Below are positions 16,367 to 25,162 of a DNA stretch of 64,000 nt, in pieces. The stretch is from an uncultured Clostridia bacterium. Lineage in GTDB: Bacteria > Bacillota > Clostridia > HGM11514. The stretch covers positions 12,667-76,666 of the forward strand of contig CAKSKB010000002.1 of NCBI GenBank assembly GCA_934464705.1, written 5' to 3'. Made by a program: the position numbers and the translations under genes. Numbering within the stretch: position 1 is the stretch's first letter; each line of letters starts with the position of its first letter. The notes under the pieces were generated by a model. The model was not told the origin of the DNA. It did not search any database and saw only the letters and a program-made list of their open reading frames with translations.

Positions 16367-18322
16367 TCAATCATCGATTTTCATTTTTCGGACACCGTTT
16401 TTATCAAAAGTTATATCAACATTTTTGTTTTTGGCAGACAGCCGGTTTTCGGTATCAAATACCGTGGACAGAGTGGAGGTCGCAAATTCATATGCCGCCT
16501 GGCACGGTTCGTCCTCCGTAAACATATCTGCAAACGCAGCAACGGTTTTATCGCCGGAAACTATGATTCCGGTTTTGTTTTCCGAAAGTTTGATTCCGCC
16601 GCCCAAATCGGTTTCGCATTTTTGTGGAAAATCCGGGTCATATTCAATGCGGAGGTCTTTTTTGAAGTGCACTGCGTTTTCGGGGTTTCCGAGAAAATAA
16701 ACCTCATTAATTTTCTTTATGCCCTTTCCGTCAAGGTACGCACGGATATTTTCGATGTCGTAATTGCTTCCTTTATCGATGCCGCACTCCGCAATCATGA
16801 CGGACTTTTCCGGAGCTTTAACAACCGCAGCCTTTGTTTTGTCAGCGGCAACGAGGTATATATGGCTGTAATTCATGTTATTGTAAAGATTTATTCCGCT
16901 TGCGGAAAGGAATATCAGGGCAATCAGCCCGAACAGGATTTTCATGCGTTTTCCAAACATGAAAAACAGGAAAACCGGTACTGCCGAAAGAACAAGCAGC
17001 GGGTCGGCGGCACCTGTTTCGGATATGATATTCGGAAGCCTCGATATCTGCTCGGCCGCGCCGAGGTAAATATCCGCAGCTGCATTGAGAACCGGAGCAA
17101 CAAAAGGCAATACGCATGCGGAAATCAAAAGAACAACCAATACCGGAAACACCGGAACAAATATAAGGTTGGTCAGAAACGATATGTAAGAAAATTCACC
17201 GCAGTAATAAATGTTTGCCGGAATAATAGCGGTTTGAGCGGCAAGCATAACGGATATACACGGGTGGGGACTATTGAAATGTTTTATAAAAAATTCTTCG
17301 ATTATCGGGGAAAGAAGGACAATTCCGGCGGTTGCCGTGAACGACAGTATGCAGCCGGCGTCAAAAACAGAGTACGGTCTGAAAACAAGTATCACAAAAG
17401 CGGCAATGCTCATTGATGTTACCGAGTCATTGTCGGCTCTTACAATATCGGACCACAAAAGAATTATTCCCATGACCGCCGCGCGTGTGACGGACGGCGA
17501 GCTGTTCATAAACGGTATTGCTGCGAGAAGAAACAGGGTGCATATAATTGCTTTCGGCAGCCGTTTTATTCTGAATATTCCGAGAATTGACGAAAGAATA
17601 CCGAGTATTATCGAGATGTGCAAACCCGAAACCGCAAGAAGATGGGAGATTCCGAGTTTTCTGAACGAATCTTTTGTATGCGATGAGAGAGATGTCTTAT
17701 CGCCCGTCAGAATCGCCGCAAATACTCCGTAGTTTTTAAAAGAACTGATTTTTTTTGTGCGGTCAAGAACCTTTTGTCTGAAAAGTGCGATTTTTCCGGT
17801 AATTTTCGGTACGGAACTGCCGGTTTTGCTGCCCTCGCCGTACTGATATGCCGTGAAAAATACACCTCGGTTTATAAGATAGGTTTTATAATCAAACGAA
17901 TTTCTTTTTGAAAAGTTTTTAACCGCATTAAAGCTTGCGGAGGCATCTGCCGTGTCAAAAAGGGCGTAATCGCTGTCTTTTGAATAAAGATAGCCTTCGG
18001 TTTTAAACCCTTCTCCGTTGATTTTATCGGTTTGGATTTTATATTTCCCGTTCGGGAAAACTTCGGTTACGGTGAAACTTATTTTTACCGTCCGACCGTC
18101 AAACTTTTCGGGCTTATCAAGCTTTGTGCGGTTGAACACGGCACAGGGAATCACCCCTGAAAGCAGCGCCGGAATAAGCAGAAGGTATACCGGCTTTCTG
18201 TAAGCAAACAGAGTATAAAGACAGCCGCCGAGCATTGCAATCAGCAGCCCTGCGGAAAAATAAAAATATAAAATTATACCGCAAATAAATGCCGAAATCA
18301 GCCATACAACGGGTCTTTTCAT
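16367..18322 (-). CDS. comEC: ComEC/Rec2-family DNA internalisation channel protein
   Basis: Polytopic membrane protein with the competence-domain motif LGISHLLAVSGLHISI, an N-terminal OB-like region, and a degenerate C-terminal MBL-like region. Confidence 0.8.
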   Translation of the reverse strand: MKRPVVWLISAFICGIILYFYFSAGLLIAMLGGCLYTLFAYRKPVYLLLIPALLSGVIPCAVFNRTKLDKPEKFDGRTVKISFTVTEVFPNGKYKIQTDKINGEGFKTEGYLYSKDSDYALFDTADASASFNAVKNFSKRNSFDYKTYLINRGVFFTAYQYGEGSKTGSSVPKITGKIALFRQKVLDRTKKISSFKNYGVFAAILTGDKTSLSSHTKDSFRKLGISHLLAVSGLHISIILGILSSILGIFRIKRLPKAIICTLFLLAAIPFMNSSPSVTRAAVMGIILLWSDIVRADNDSVTSMSIAAFVILVFRPYSVFDAGCILSFTATAGIVLLSPIIEEFFIKHFNSPHPCISVMLAAQTAIIPANIYYCGEFSYISFLTNLIFVPVFPVLVVLLISACVLPFVAPVLNAAADIYLGAAEQISRLPNIISETGAADPLLVLSAVPVFLFFMFGKRMKILFGLIALIFLSASGINLYNNMNYSHIYLVAADKTKAAVVKAPEKSVMIAECGIDKGSNYDIENIRAYLDGKGIKKINEVYFLGNPENAVHFKKDLRIEYDPDFPQKCETDLGGGIKLSENKTGIIVSGDKTVAAFADMFTEDEPCQAAYEFATSTLSTVFDTENRLSAKNKNVDITFDKNGVRKMKIDD

Positions 18323-18374
18323 AAGTAACCCCCGAAAAAACATACAGAGCGGCTTTAAAACCGCTCTGTTTTAA

Positions 18375-19046
18375 TTATTCCGCAATTCTTCTTGCGCCCA
18401 CATAGGTGTTTGTGTAATAGTCACCGCTGAGTTCGCTTATTATAACGCCTGTGGTTTCCTGGGAAGCGTGAATCATTTTTCCGTTTCCTATATATATACC
18501 CACATGGTCAATGCCGTATTCCGACGAAGCAAAGAACAGCAAATCGCCCGGCAAAAGCTCATAGTCCGAAACGGCACGCCCGTTTGCCGCCTGGTCGGCA
18601 GCGATTCTGTTTACTTCATAGCCGCAGGAGTTCATAACATATTTTACAAATCCCGAGCAGTCGAAGCCGGTTTCCGGAGAGGATGCGCCGTATACATAAG
18701 GATAACCGAGATATCCCATCGCAAAGGTTGCGATTTTTTCGCCTTCGGAGCTGTTTTGCGGCAGCTCTTCATACATCTGCGGTTTTGTGATTATGTAATT
18801 TTCGTGAATCCAGCCTTCGATTCCTCCGCAAGAGATTTTGTACCACCCGGAGGAGATATATCCTATAACATTGACAGGCGTGCCGTAGCCGAGCTTCCCG
18901 ACAACCTCATCGTCCGTCGAGGCATACTGCCTGACATTTACAACATCGCCGTCTATAACACCGTAAAATCCTGCGCTTACCGTCATCGAGGAAACAAGCA
19001 TAATCAGTATGCAAAGCGGCAAAAGCAGTTTTATCTTTGTACGCAT
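18375..19046 (-). CDS. Secreted SH3b + NlpC/P60 (C40) peptidoglycan endopeptidase
   Basis: Signal peptide, SH3-like VNVRQYAS...GWYKI, then C40 catalytic motifs FDCSGFV and GIDHVGIYIG. Confidence 0.85.
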   Translation of the reverse strand: MRTKIKLLLPLCILIMLVSSMTVSAGFYGVIDGDVVNVRQYASTDDEVVGKLGYGTPVNVIGYISSGWYKISCGGIEGWIHENYIITKPQMYEELPQNSSEGEKIATFAMGYLGYPYVYGASSPETGFDCSGFVKYVMNSCGYEVNRIAADQAANGRAVSDYELLPGDLLFFASSEYGIDHVGIYIGNGKMIHASQETTGVIISELSGDYYTNTYVGARRIAE

Positions 19047-19060
19047 ATGTGCCCTCCCTG

Positions 19061-19366
19061 TTATATTTCGCCGAGTGCGTCCTGCAGCCAGTATTCTCCG
19101 AAGTCAAGAGCGTCGTAAATACCTTCGCGGTCACTCTGCTTGATGATTTTTTCTTTTCCCTTGCCCTTTGTATCGTTTGTGGAAAGGGCAACATTTACGG
19201 AATTGGCAACTTTAAGCCCGCCTATATCTTCGTAATCGTTTTCTGTCATTATTATAATAAATTTATCTTCGGGGTTGCCGTAGTAAACTTTATTGCCTGT
19301 GCGGAACATCGGCTTTCCTTTATATATAAGGATTTCCGAACCCTTTTTAGCCGATTTTGTAGCCAT
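19061..19366 (-). CDS. Hypothetical protein, co-oriented and 14 nt upstream of the NlpC/P60 gene
   Basis: Clean 101-aa ORF with AAGGAGG RBS. No motif recognised. Confidence 0.5.
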   Translation of the reverse strand: MATKSAKKGSEILIYKGKPMFRTGNKVYYGNPEDKFIIIMTENDYEDIGGLKVANSVNVALSTNDTKGKGKEKIIKQSDREGIYDALDFGEYWLQDALGEI

Positions 19367-19491
19367 ATAAAAACCTCCTTCAATATTAAATCTATACTAT
19401 TATAACACAAAACGGCAAAATAGTAAAGACTTTTTTTGATTAAAATAATTTTATAGATTTTTTACATATTTATTTAAAATTAAAATAACTC

Positions 19492-19521
19492 TTGCATTTT
19501 GCGGCAAAAGTGTGCTATAAT
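19492..19521 (+). promoter_or_regulatory. Distal promoter of the S-layer-type gene
   Basis: TTGCAT-18 nt-TATAAT with a TGc extended -10, about 290 nt upstream of the ATG. Confidence 0.5.
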
Positions 19522-19632
19522 AGTAATGAACCGATGGAAAATGCATCGGTTTTGCAGAATTTTCTGTCGGTTTTAGCTTGTGGCGGAAGTGTATGCGTTA
19601 GTTTACAGTTATGTTACAAGTTAAAAATACCA

Positions 19633-19661
19633 TTGACTTTTAAAAAATTCAATGGTATAAT
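19633..19661 (+). promoter_or_regulatory. Proximal consensus promoter of the S-layer-type gene
   Basis: TTGACT-17 nt-TATAAT, about 150 nt upstream of the ATG. Confidence 0.6.
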
Positions 19662-19808
19662 CAAAACAGACGATGGTGCAAGAAGGCAAAAAAGCAGCGA
19701 ATGGCAAGTTTGCTGCGAAGGCAAGTTTAACGGTATAACGAAAGAGGTATCGTTGGACTCAGGCTACTCTTTCAAAAATCTACTTTTAACACAAGGAGGA
19801 TTTGAGAC

Positions 19809-22800
19809 ATGAAAAATCTCAAAAAGGTATTGGCTCTGGTATTAGCGCTTTGTATGATACTCAGCACTTTTACCGCACTCACAATCACAACAGCTTCCGC
19901 AGCTACTCCTACTTTCAATGATATTGAAGGTAAAGATTACGCCGAAGCAGTTGAAGTTCTCTCCGCTCTCGGTATTGTAGCCGGCTATGAAGACGGTTCC
20001 TTCGGTGGAGACAAAGTTGTAACAAGAGCTGAAATGGCTGCTTTCATCGTTAGAGAAATCGGTCTTTCCAATGCAGCATCTTCTGCATCTGCAAACAGCT
20101 CAAGCTTCACAGATGTTGGCAACGGCAGCGCTGACTGGGCTGTTGGTTCCATCAACATCGCAACTCAGAAGAAGATCATCGTTGGTCGCGGCGACGGCAC
20201 ATTCGATCCTAACTCAACAGTTAACTATCAGGAAGCTGTTAAGATGCTCGTTTGCGCACTTGGCCGTGATGTAGTTGCTACTCGTAACGGCGGATGGCCT
20301 TCCGGTTACCTCATCGCTGGTGCATCTTGCGGTCTTACCGACGGCATCACAGGCGTTGAAGCAACAGACGGTTGTAACAGAGGCGTTGTAGCAGTTCTTC
20401 TTTACAACGCACTTGAAATCGACCTTATGGAAGAAACTTCCTACAGCGGATCTGCTGTACAGGTTGAAGAAACTTATAAGACACTCCTTTATGATTACCT
20501 CAATGTTGTTAAGTACTATGATGCTGAAATCACAGCTACTCCTACTCAGGGTGCTTCCAAGTCCTCTGACGGTTTCGCTAAGATTTCCGGTACATATGAC
20601 TACTACAACCAGGAAGGCATCAAGGCTAACAGCCTTAAGGTTGAAATCGGTGAAACCGATCCCGATGCATTCTTCGGCGATGCTGTAATCGTTTATACAA
20701 AGGATAACGGCACAAACAAGACTCCTACAATGCTCTGCATCGTAGCTGATCATTCTACACAGGATGCTGTAACAATTGATGTTGCTGACTTCTATTCCAG
20801 CAAGCCTGTACTTGAACCCGGTGATACAAACACTGAAGGTACAAACAATTCTCAGTACATCAAGCTGTACTACAAGACAGAAAATGATACTAAGGCTCAG
20901 AGCGTTAAGCTCCTTAACTCTGCACTCTACAGCGACAACTGCACAATCGTTAAGAACGGTGTTGTTGAAAGCCCTGCAGATTTCAAAAAGGAACTTTCTA
21001 AGCTTGAAAACGGTACAATCAAACTCATAGACGCTAAGACATACGATGTATCCGAAGGTAAGAACTACAACGGTGCTGACGGCGTATATGAAAAGGTTAT
21101 CGTTGAAGCTTACAATGACTTCGTAGTATCTGATGTTGATACAGAAGAAAAGGTTATTTCCTTTAACAATAAGGTAGCTGATAGCCTTGACCTTGATGAC
21201 GAAAACAAGACCTACACTATCGTTGATACAAAGGGCAATGAAGTTAAGCTTGAAGACATTAAGGAAAATGATGTTCTTTCCATCTATGCTGACGAATTCG
21301 ATGCAGCTGATGTTGATAAGGCAGAAGTTCTTAAGATCGTTGTTTGCAGCAACTCCATCGAGGGTACTGTAACAGAAAAGACTTCCAAGGCTGTTTACAT
21401 TGACGGTGAAAAGTATGACATCGCCGGCGGCGTTATCTCTCTTGATGACTTCGAACTCGATGATACAGGTACGTTCTACCTCAATGCTGCAGGCGACATC
21501 GCTTACCTTGATACTGAAGCAGCTTCTAAGGACTATGCAGTAGTTTACGAAGCATATCAGGATGGCGCTAAGAAGATTATTCTTAATGTAATCACATCTA
21601 AGGGCGAAGACCTTGAACTTACAGCACAGAGCTCTTTTGATTATGCTACATATGCTGTAAATGCAACAACTAAGAAGTATACTAAGACAACAACTGAGTA
21701 TGATTTCACCGATTCTGCTGATATGACAGCTGCTCTTGCTAAGCTTTCTACAACAGACAAAGACGGTGCATATGCTCCTTATGTAGTATCCTATGACCTT
21801 AAGAAGGGCACAACAGCTCAGATTGACACAATCTACACTGCTGGTACTCCTACTTACACCTATACTGATACAGCAACCGGTAAGGTAGTAACTGCTTATG
21901 CTGAAACTTATGCAACAAGATTTGCTAAGTGGTCTCTTAACAAGAAAGCATATTACAACAACAGTGAAGCAACTCTCGGTGCTTACACTGTTGACGGTTC
22001 CACGGTTATCTTTGATATCCCTGTAACTGTAAATAAGGTATCTGATTCTTCCAAGATCAAAGTTTACGGTAAGTCCGGTCTTACAAACAGCAAGACATAT
22101 GACGATGTAAGCGTTTATGACCTTGACAAGGACAATGTTGCAAAGGCAGTTCTCATTAAGTCCACATCCAACACTGTTGATGAAAAAGATCCTATTGCTG
22201 TAATCCAGACAATCACAAGAGCTAAGAATGCTGATGGCGACGATGTTTACAAGTTCTACATGATGCAGAACGGTAAGATCATCTCCAAGATCACTGAAGA
22301 TACCAACACTCTTGACACACTCGGCAAGAAGCCTGATGGCAAGAAGGTATCCACAGCTGACGGTTATTCTGCATACTCTCTCGAAGTAGGTTATGGTCTC
22401 TACACCGGTGCTGCAATCATGTTCAGCGAAGCTGGTGACGGTTCCATCGACAATGTTCTCAAGATTTATCCTATCGCTTCCAAGACTGCAGGCGAAAAGG
22501 ATGATGAAGAAGCTTTGGCTGAACCTTACTACAAGACTGAATACTTCACACTCTGGAACTTCAGTGCTAAACAGGGCGGCTACAATGAAGGCTGCGATTG
22601 CTTCATCGCTTATGGTAAGATCGCTAAGAAAGATGCAAGCGCTCAGTCCATCACAGTTGCTACAAGAACATTAAATGACAAAAATGTTTGGGAAGATTCC
22701 TCCATCTCTGCTAAGTATGGTTCTGCAAACATCACTGTTGTAGACTACACATTCGAAGAAGATGATGAAAAGGTAGTTAAGGGTTCTGCAAGCGACCTTA

Positions 22801-22910
22801 AGGAAGGCAGATATGTTCTTGTAAGAAAGAACGGCGGTTCCACAAAGGACATCGTTGTTTACAAGAATTTCGATCCTTACAAAAACATTGACATTCCTTA
22901 CGCTGGCTAA
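19809..22910 (+). CDS. S-layer-type surface protein with N-terminal SLH domains (1033 aa)
   Basis: Signal peptide (..ITTASAATP). SLH repeats FNDIEGKDYAEAVEVLSALGIVAGYEDGSFGGDKVVTRAEMAAFIV and FTDV..ADWAVGSINIA....IIVGRGDGTFDPNSTVNYQEAVKML. Strongly biased codon usage (GCT/GGT/AAG/TCC, almost no GCG/CCG). AAGGAGGA RBS. Confidence 0.8.
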   Translation: MKNLKKVLALVLALCMILSTFTALTITTASAATPTFNDIEGKDYAEAVEVLSALGIVAGYEDGSFGGDKVVTRAEMAAFIVREIGLSNAASSASANSSSFTDVGNGSADWAVGSINIATQKKIIVGRGDGTFDPNSTVNYQEAVKMLVCALGRDVVATRNGGWPSGYLIAGASCGLTDGITGVEATDGCNRGVVAVLLYNALEIDLMEETSYSGSAVQVEETYKTLLYDYLNVVKYYDAEITATPTQGASKSSDGFAKISGTYDYYNQEGIKANSLKVEIGETDPDAFFGDAVIVYTKDNGTNKTPTMLCIVADHSTQDAVTIDVADFYSSKPVLEPGDTNTEGTNNSQYIKLYYKTENDTKAQSVKLLNSALYSDNCTIVKNGVVESPADFKKELSKLENGTIKLIDAKTYDVSEGKNYNGADGVYEKVIVEAYNDFVVSDVDTEEKVISFNNKVADSLDLDDENKTYTIVDTKGNEVKLEDIKENDVLSIYADEFDAADVDKAEVLKIVVCSNSIEGTVTEKTSKAVYIDGEKYDIAGGVISLDDFELDDTGTFYLNAAGDIAYLDTEAASKDYAVVYEAYQDGAKKIILNVITSKGEDLELTAQSSFDYATYAVNATTKKYTKTTTEYDFTDSADMTAALAKLSTTDKDGAYAPYVVSYDLKKGTTAQIDTIYTAGTPTYTYTDTATGKVVTAYAETYATRFAKWSLNKKAYYNNSEATLGAYTVDGSTVIFDIPVTVNKVSDSSKIKVYGKSGLTNSKTYDDVSVYDLDKDNVAKAVLIKSTSNTVDEKDPIAVIQTITRAKNADGDDVYKFYMMQNGKIISKITEDTNTLDTLGKKPDGKKVSTADGYSAYSLEVGYGLYTGAAIMFSEAGDGSIDNVLKIYPIASKTAGEKDDEEALAEPYYKTEYFTLWNFSAKQGGYNEGCDCFIAYGKIAKKDASAQSITVATRTLNDKNVWEDSSISAKYGSANITVVDYTFEEDDEKVVKGSASDLKEGRYVLVRKNGGSTKDIVVYKNFDPYKNIDIPYAG

Positions 22911-22932
22911 TAATCATTAATTGATTATCCCG

Positions 22933-22961
22933 GTCCCGGTGCTTATGCACCGGGACTTTTT
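22933..22961 (+). terminator. Rho-independent terminator of the S-layer-type gene
   Basis: GTCCCGGTGC-TTAT-GCACCGGGAC followed by TTTTT. Confidence 0.8.
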
Positions 22962-23505
22962 ATATTTTAAAATCGAAGTAGATGAACGGTGGCATAAAGC
23001 ACTGTTTGATACGCAAACCGTTTTTTAAAATGATTTCGCCTATTACTATTCAAAATGCTCGCAAATACGGGTGGATTAGCCGTAATTTTACTAAAAACTG
23101 TTTCAAAATAAAAGCTCTGAAAATTCTTTGAACTCAAATATTTAGCAATAAGCATTTTATGGCAAAAGTGCAAAGGTGTACTTGATGTATACAATGAGTC
23201 TTACAGTATAAATTATCAATCTTTAACGATTAAAGTGATTTACTATTTGGGTGTGTGGCAAAGAAATATGGATATTATAAAACGATATACCATAATGATT
23301 TATAAACGAACTTAATATTACGAGAGTATTAAAGGGAGTATATGTTGCAAAAAACAGCATGATAAAGCACTTTGTGCATTGCGGAAAAAAGTTTTTATCT
23401 GTTTTCTGTTTGGAGAAGTTCGGGAATAAGTTGGCTGTCAAATTAAAGAGGTATAAGGCAAATTATCAAAGATAGTACAAGATTATAGTAATCAATTATC
23501 ACTGA

Positions 23506-23534
23506 TTGACATTATAAGGCAGCTATGATATAAT
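23506..23534 (+). promoter_or_regulatory. Consensus promoter inside the low-GC islet
   Basis: TTGACA-17 nt-TATAAT, followed about 25 nt later by an AGCATAAA-CGGC-TTTATGCT hairpin. Confidence 0.4.
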
Positions 23535-23774
23535 ATAATAAAAACAGTATATATTTAAAAGCATAAACGGCTTTTATGCTGTCGTATTTATTGAATCGGT
23601 GTTAGGCAAATCTGTTGGAGAGTTCGCTGATGATATAACACTTACAGCAGATGTTATTAAGCGGATTCTGTGTTTGTGATTGATGTAAAAAATTAGAATA
23701 TATGAAATAAGCTAATTTTGCGACATGATAATAAATATATAAAGCGGTTTGTAATTAAATATGAGGGGGACTTT

Positions 23775-24188
23775 ATGAAAACGGCTATGTTGATTGCTGT
23801 TATGTGTGCTTTCTTAGCTTCGTGTGCCGGTTTGGGCGACTGGTCATACAAGCTGCCGAACGGGTATGAAGTTCAGCACATCAATTCCGATAGGATTTTA
23901 ATCACATATGCACACTCGGAAATTGATGCAGAGGGTATACCGTCTTTTATTAAGGAATTTTCGTATGATGACCGTTATGTTTTTTCAAAAAACTCTGAAG
24001 ATATAAAGGGAAACAAAGTAAGTGATGAAGTGTATTACGCTTTAGATACGATTGAGCGCAGAGTATATGGACCTTTTAACAATATTGAAGAATTGACCGA
24101 AAAGGCTGATGAATGGAATGTCGAACTGCCTTCAGAGTGGTATTCAACATCATCTGATCCTTCCAATATAAATAATAAAGATAAATGA
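23775..24188 (+). CDS. Small lipoprotein
   Basis: MKTAMLIAVMCAFLASCAG contains the lipobox LASC. GAGGGGGA RBS. Confidence 0.6.
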   Translation: MKTAMLIAVMCAFLASCAGLGDWSYKLPNGYEVQHINSDRILITYAHSEIDAEGIPSFIKEFSYDDRYVFSKNSEDIKGNKVSDEVYYALDTIERRVYGPFNNIEELTEKADEWNVELPSEWYSTSSDPSNINNKDK

Positions 24189-24314
24189 GAATTATAATAA
24201 TTTCGTCCGAATAAAAAACCGCTTCTATGAGCGGAAACCTTAAGATAATAGATAATCCGCTGCAGCTGTCAATGAAGAATAATAATTATAATAAATATTA
24301 AATGGGGGATTAAT

Positions 24315-24812
24315 ATGAAAAAACTAATTATCGCGGTTGTTCTGATAACGCTGTCTATTGCCGCCGTCTATTATATTTACGACGGTGCATATGTAATTGA
24401 AACAATGACATCTACAGAACTTGAACTTATTAATAAGTATGCAACCTACAAAACACCTTTTTCAGATAAAACGATAGTAGAAGACTTTGTATTGAAGGAT
24501 GATATTGAATCATATTTTTATCACCATAACCAATATATAAAAGCAACATTATTGGTGCCGAATGATGAAATTGATGATATTTTTCCGGAAAAGTTAAGAG
24601 AGTATGATATTGATTTAGTTCTTGATTTAAGGAAAAACGATAATGAGTCTTTTTACTTTGGGGTTTGGATGCCAAGAAGAGTTGAAAAATGGCCCGAAAG
24701 AACAAGTCGAAGTATTACTTATACTGTCTTGATTCCGGGAAATGAGTATACTAAGGTTTATTTGTCTGTAGATAAATTAGGGTGGAAATTGTATAATTAT
24801 GAATTGAAATAA
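24315..24812 (+). CDS. Hypothetical N-terminally membrane-anchored protein
   Basis: MKKLIIAVVLITLSIAAVYYI anchor. GGGGGA RBS. AT-rich codon usage. Confidence 0.5.
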   Translation: MKKLIIAVVLITLSIAAVYYIYDGAYVIETMTSTELELINKYATYKTPFSDKTIVEDFVLKDDIESYFYHHNQYIKATLLVPNDEIDDIFPEKLREYDIDLVLDLRKNDNESFYFGVWMPRRVEKWPERTSRSITYTVLIPGNEYTKVYLSVDKLGWKLYNYELK

Positions 24813-24822
24813 CCAAAATAGT

Positions 24823-24848
24823 AAGCGGCTGCCGAATGGCAGCCGCTT
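24823..24848. repeat. Stem-loop copy 1 (AAGCGGCTGCC-GAAT-GGCAGCCGCTT)
   Basis: Its 22-nt core GCGGCTGCC-GAAT-GGCAGCCGC is the exact reverse complement of the core at 25124-25145 (match extends to 24 nt with one flanking base each side). Each copy follows a convergent gene. Confidence 0.7.
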
Positions 24849-24970
24849 CAGCGTGTCGATAAACCTATCGGCACGCTGGCAGGCTTCGAAAAAGGAAGGT
24901 GAATTTGCCGAACATGGATTCGTCGGCGTATGTGTATACGGAAGAGTCCATGTTCGGTGAAAGCAAGCAA

Positions 24971-25005
24971 AAAGCCTTGAAATCTCGATGATTTCAAGGC
25001 TTTTT
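24971..25005 (+). terminator. Strong stem-loop terminator
   Basis: AAAGCCTTGAAATC-TCGAT-GATTTCAAGGCTTT plus a T-run. Confidence 0.6.
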
Positions 25006-25122
25006 AAATGCAATTTTATTATTTTGGAACAGAAATTATTAGGTGAACAATATATTTGATTGTTGCCTAAAATTGAATTAATGCTTTTTTGCTTGCGGTT
25101 GACTGACTTTTTCGACAGTCTG

Positions 25123-25146
25123 AGCGGCTGCCATTCGGCAGCCGCT
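25123..25146. repeat. Stem-loop copy 2 (AGCGGCTGCC-ATTC-GGCAGCCGCT)
   Basis: Inverted copy of the hairpin at 24823-24848, lying 17 nt downstream of the nhaC-family stop on the minus strand. Confidence 0.7.
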
Positions 25147-25162
25147 TATAATATATAGAAAA

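Noticed and set aside
16274-17416. 380-aa ORF on the plus strand
   Set aside because: Antisense to comEC and holA. Low-complexity basic translation and no RBS.
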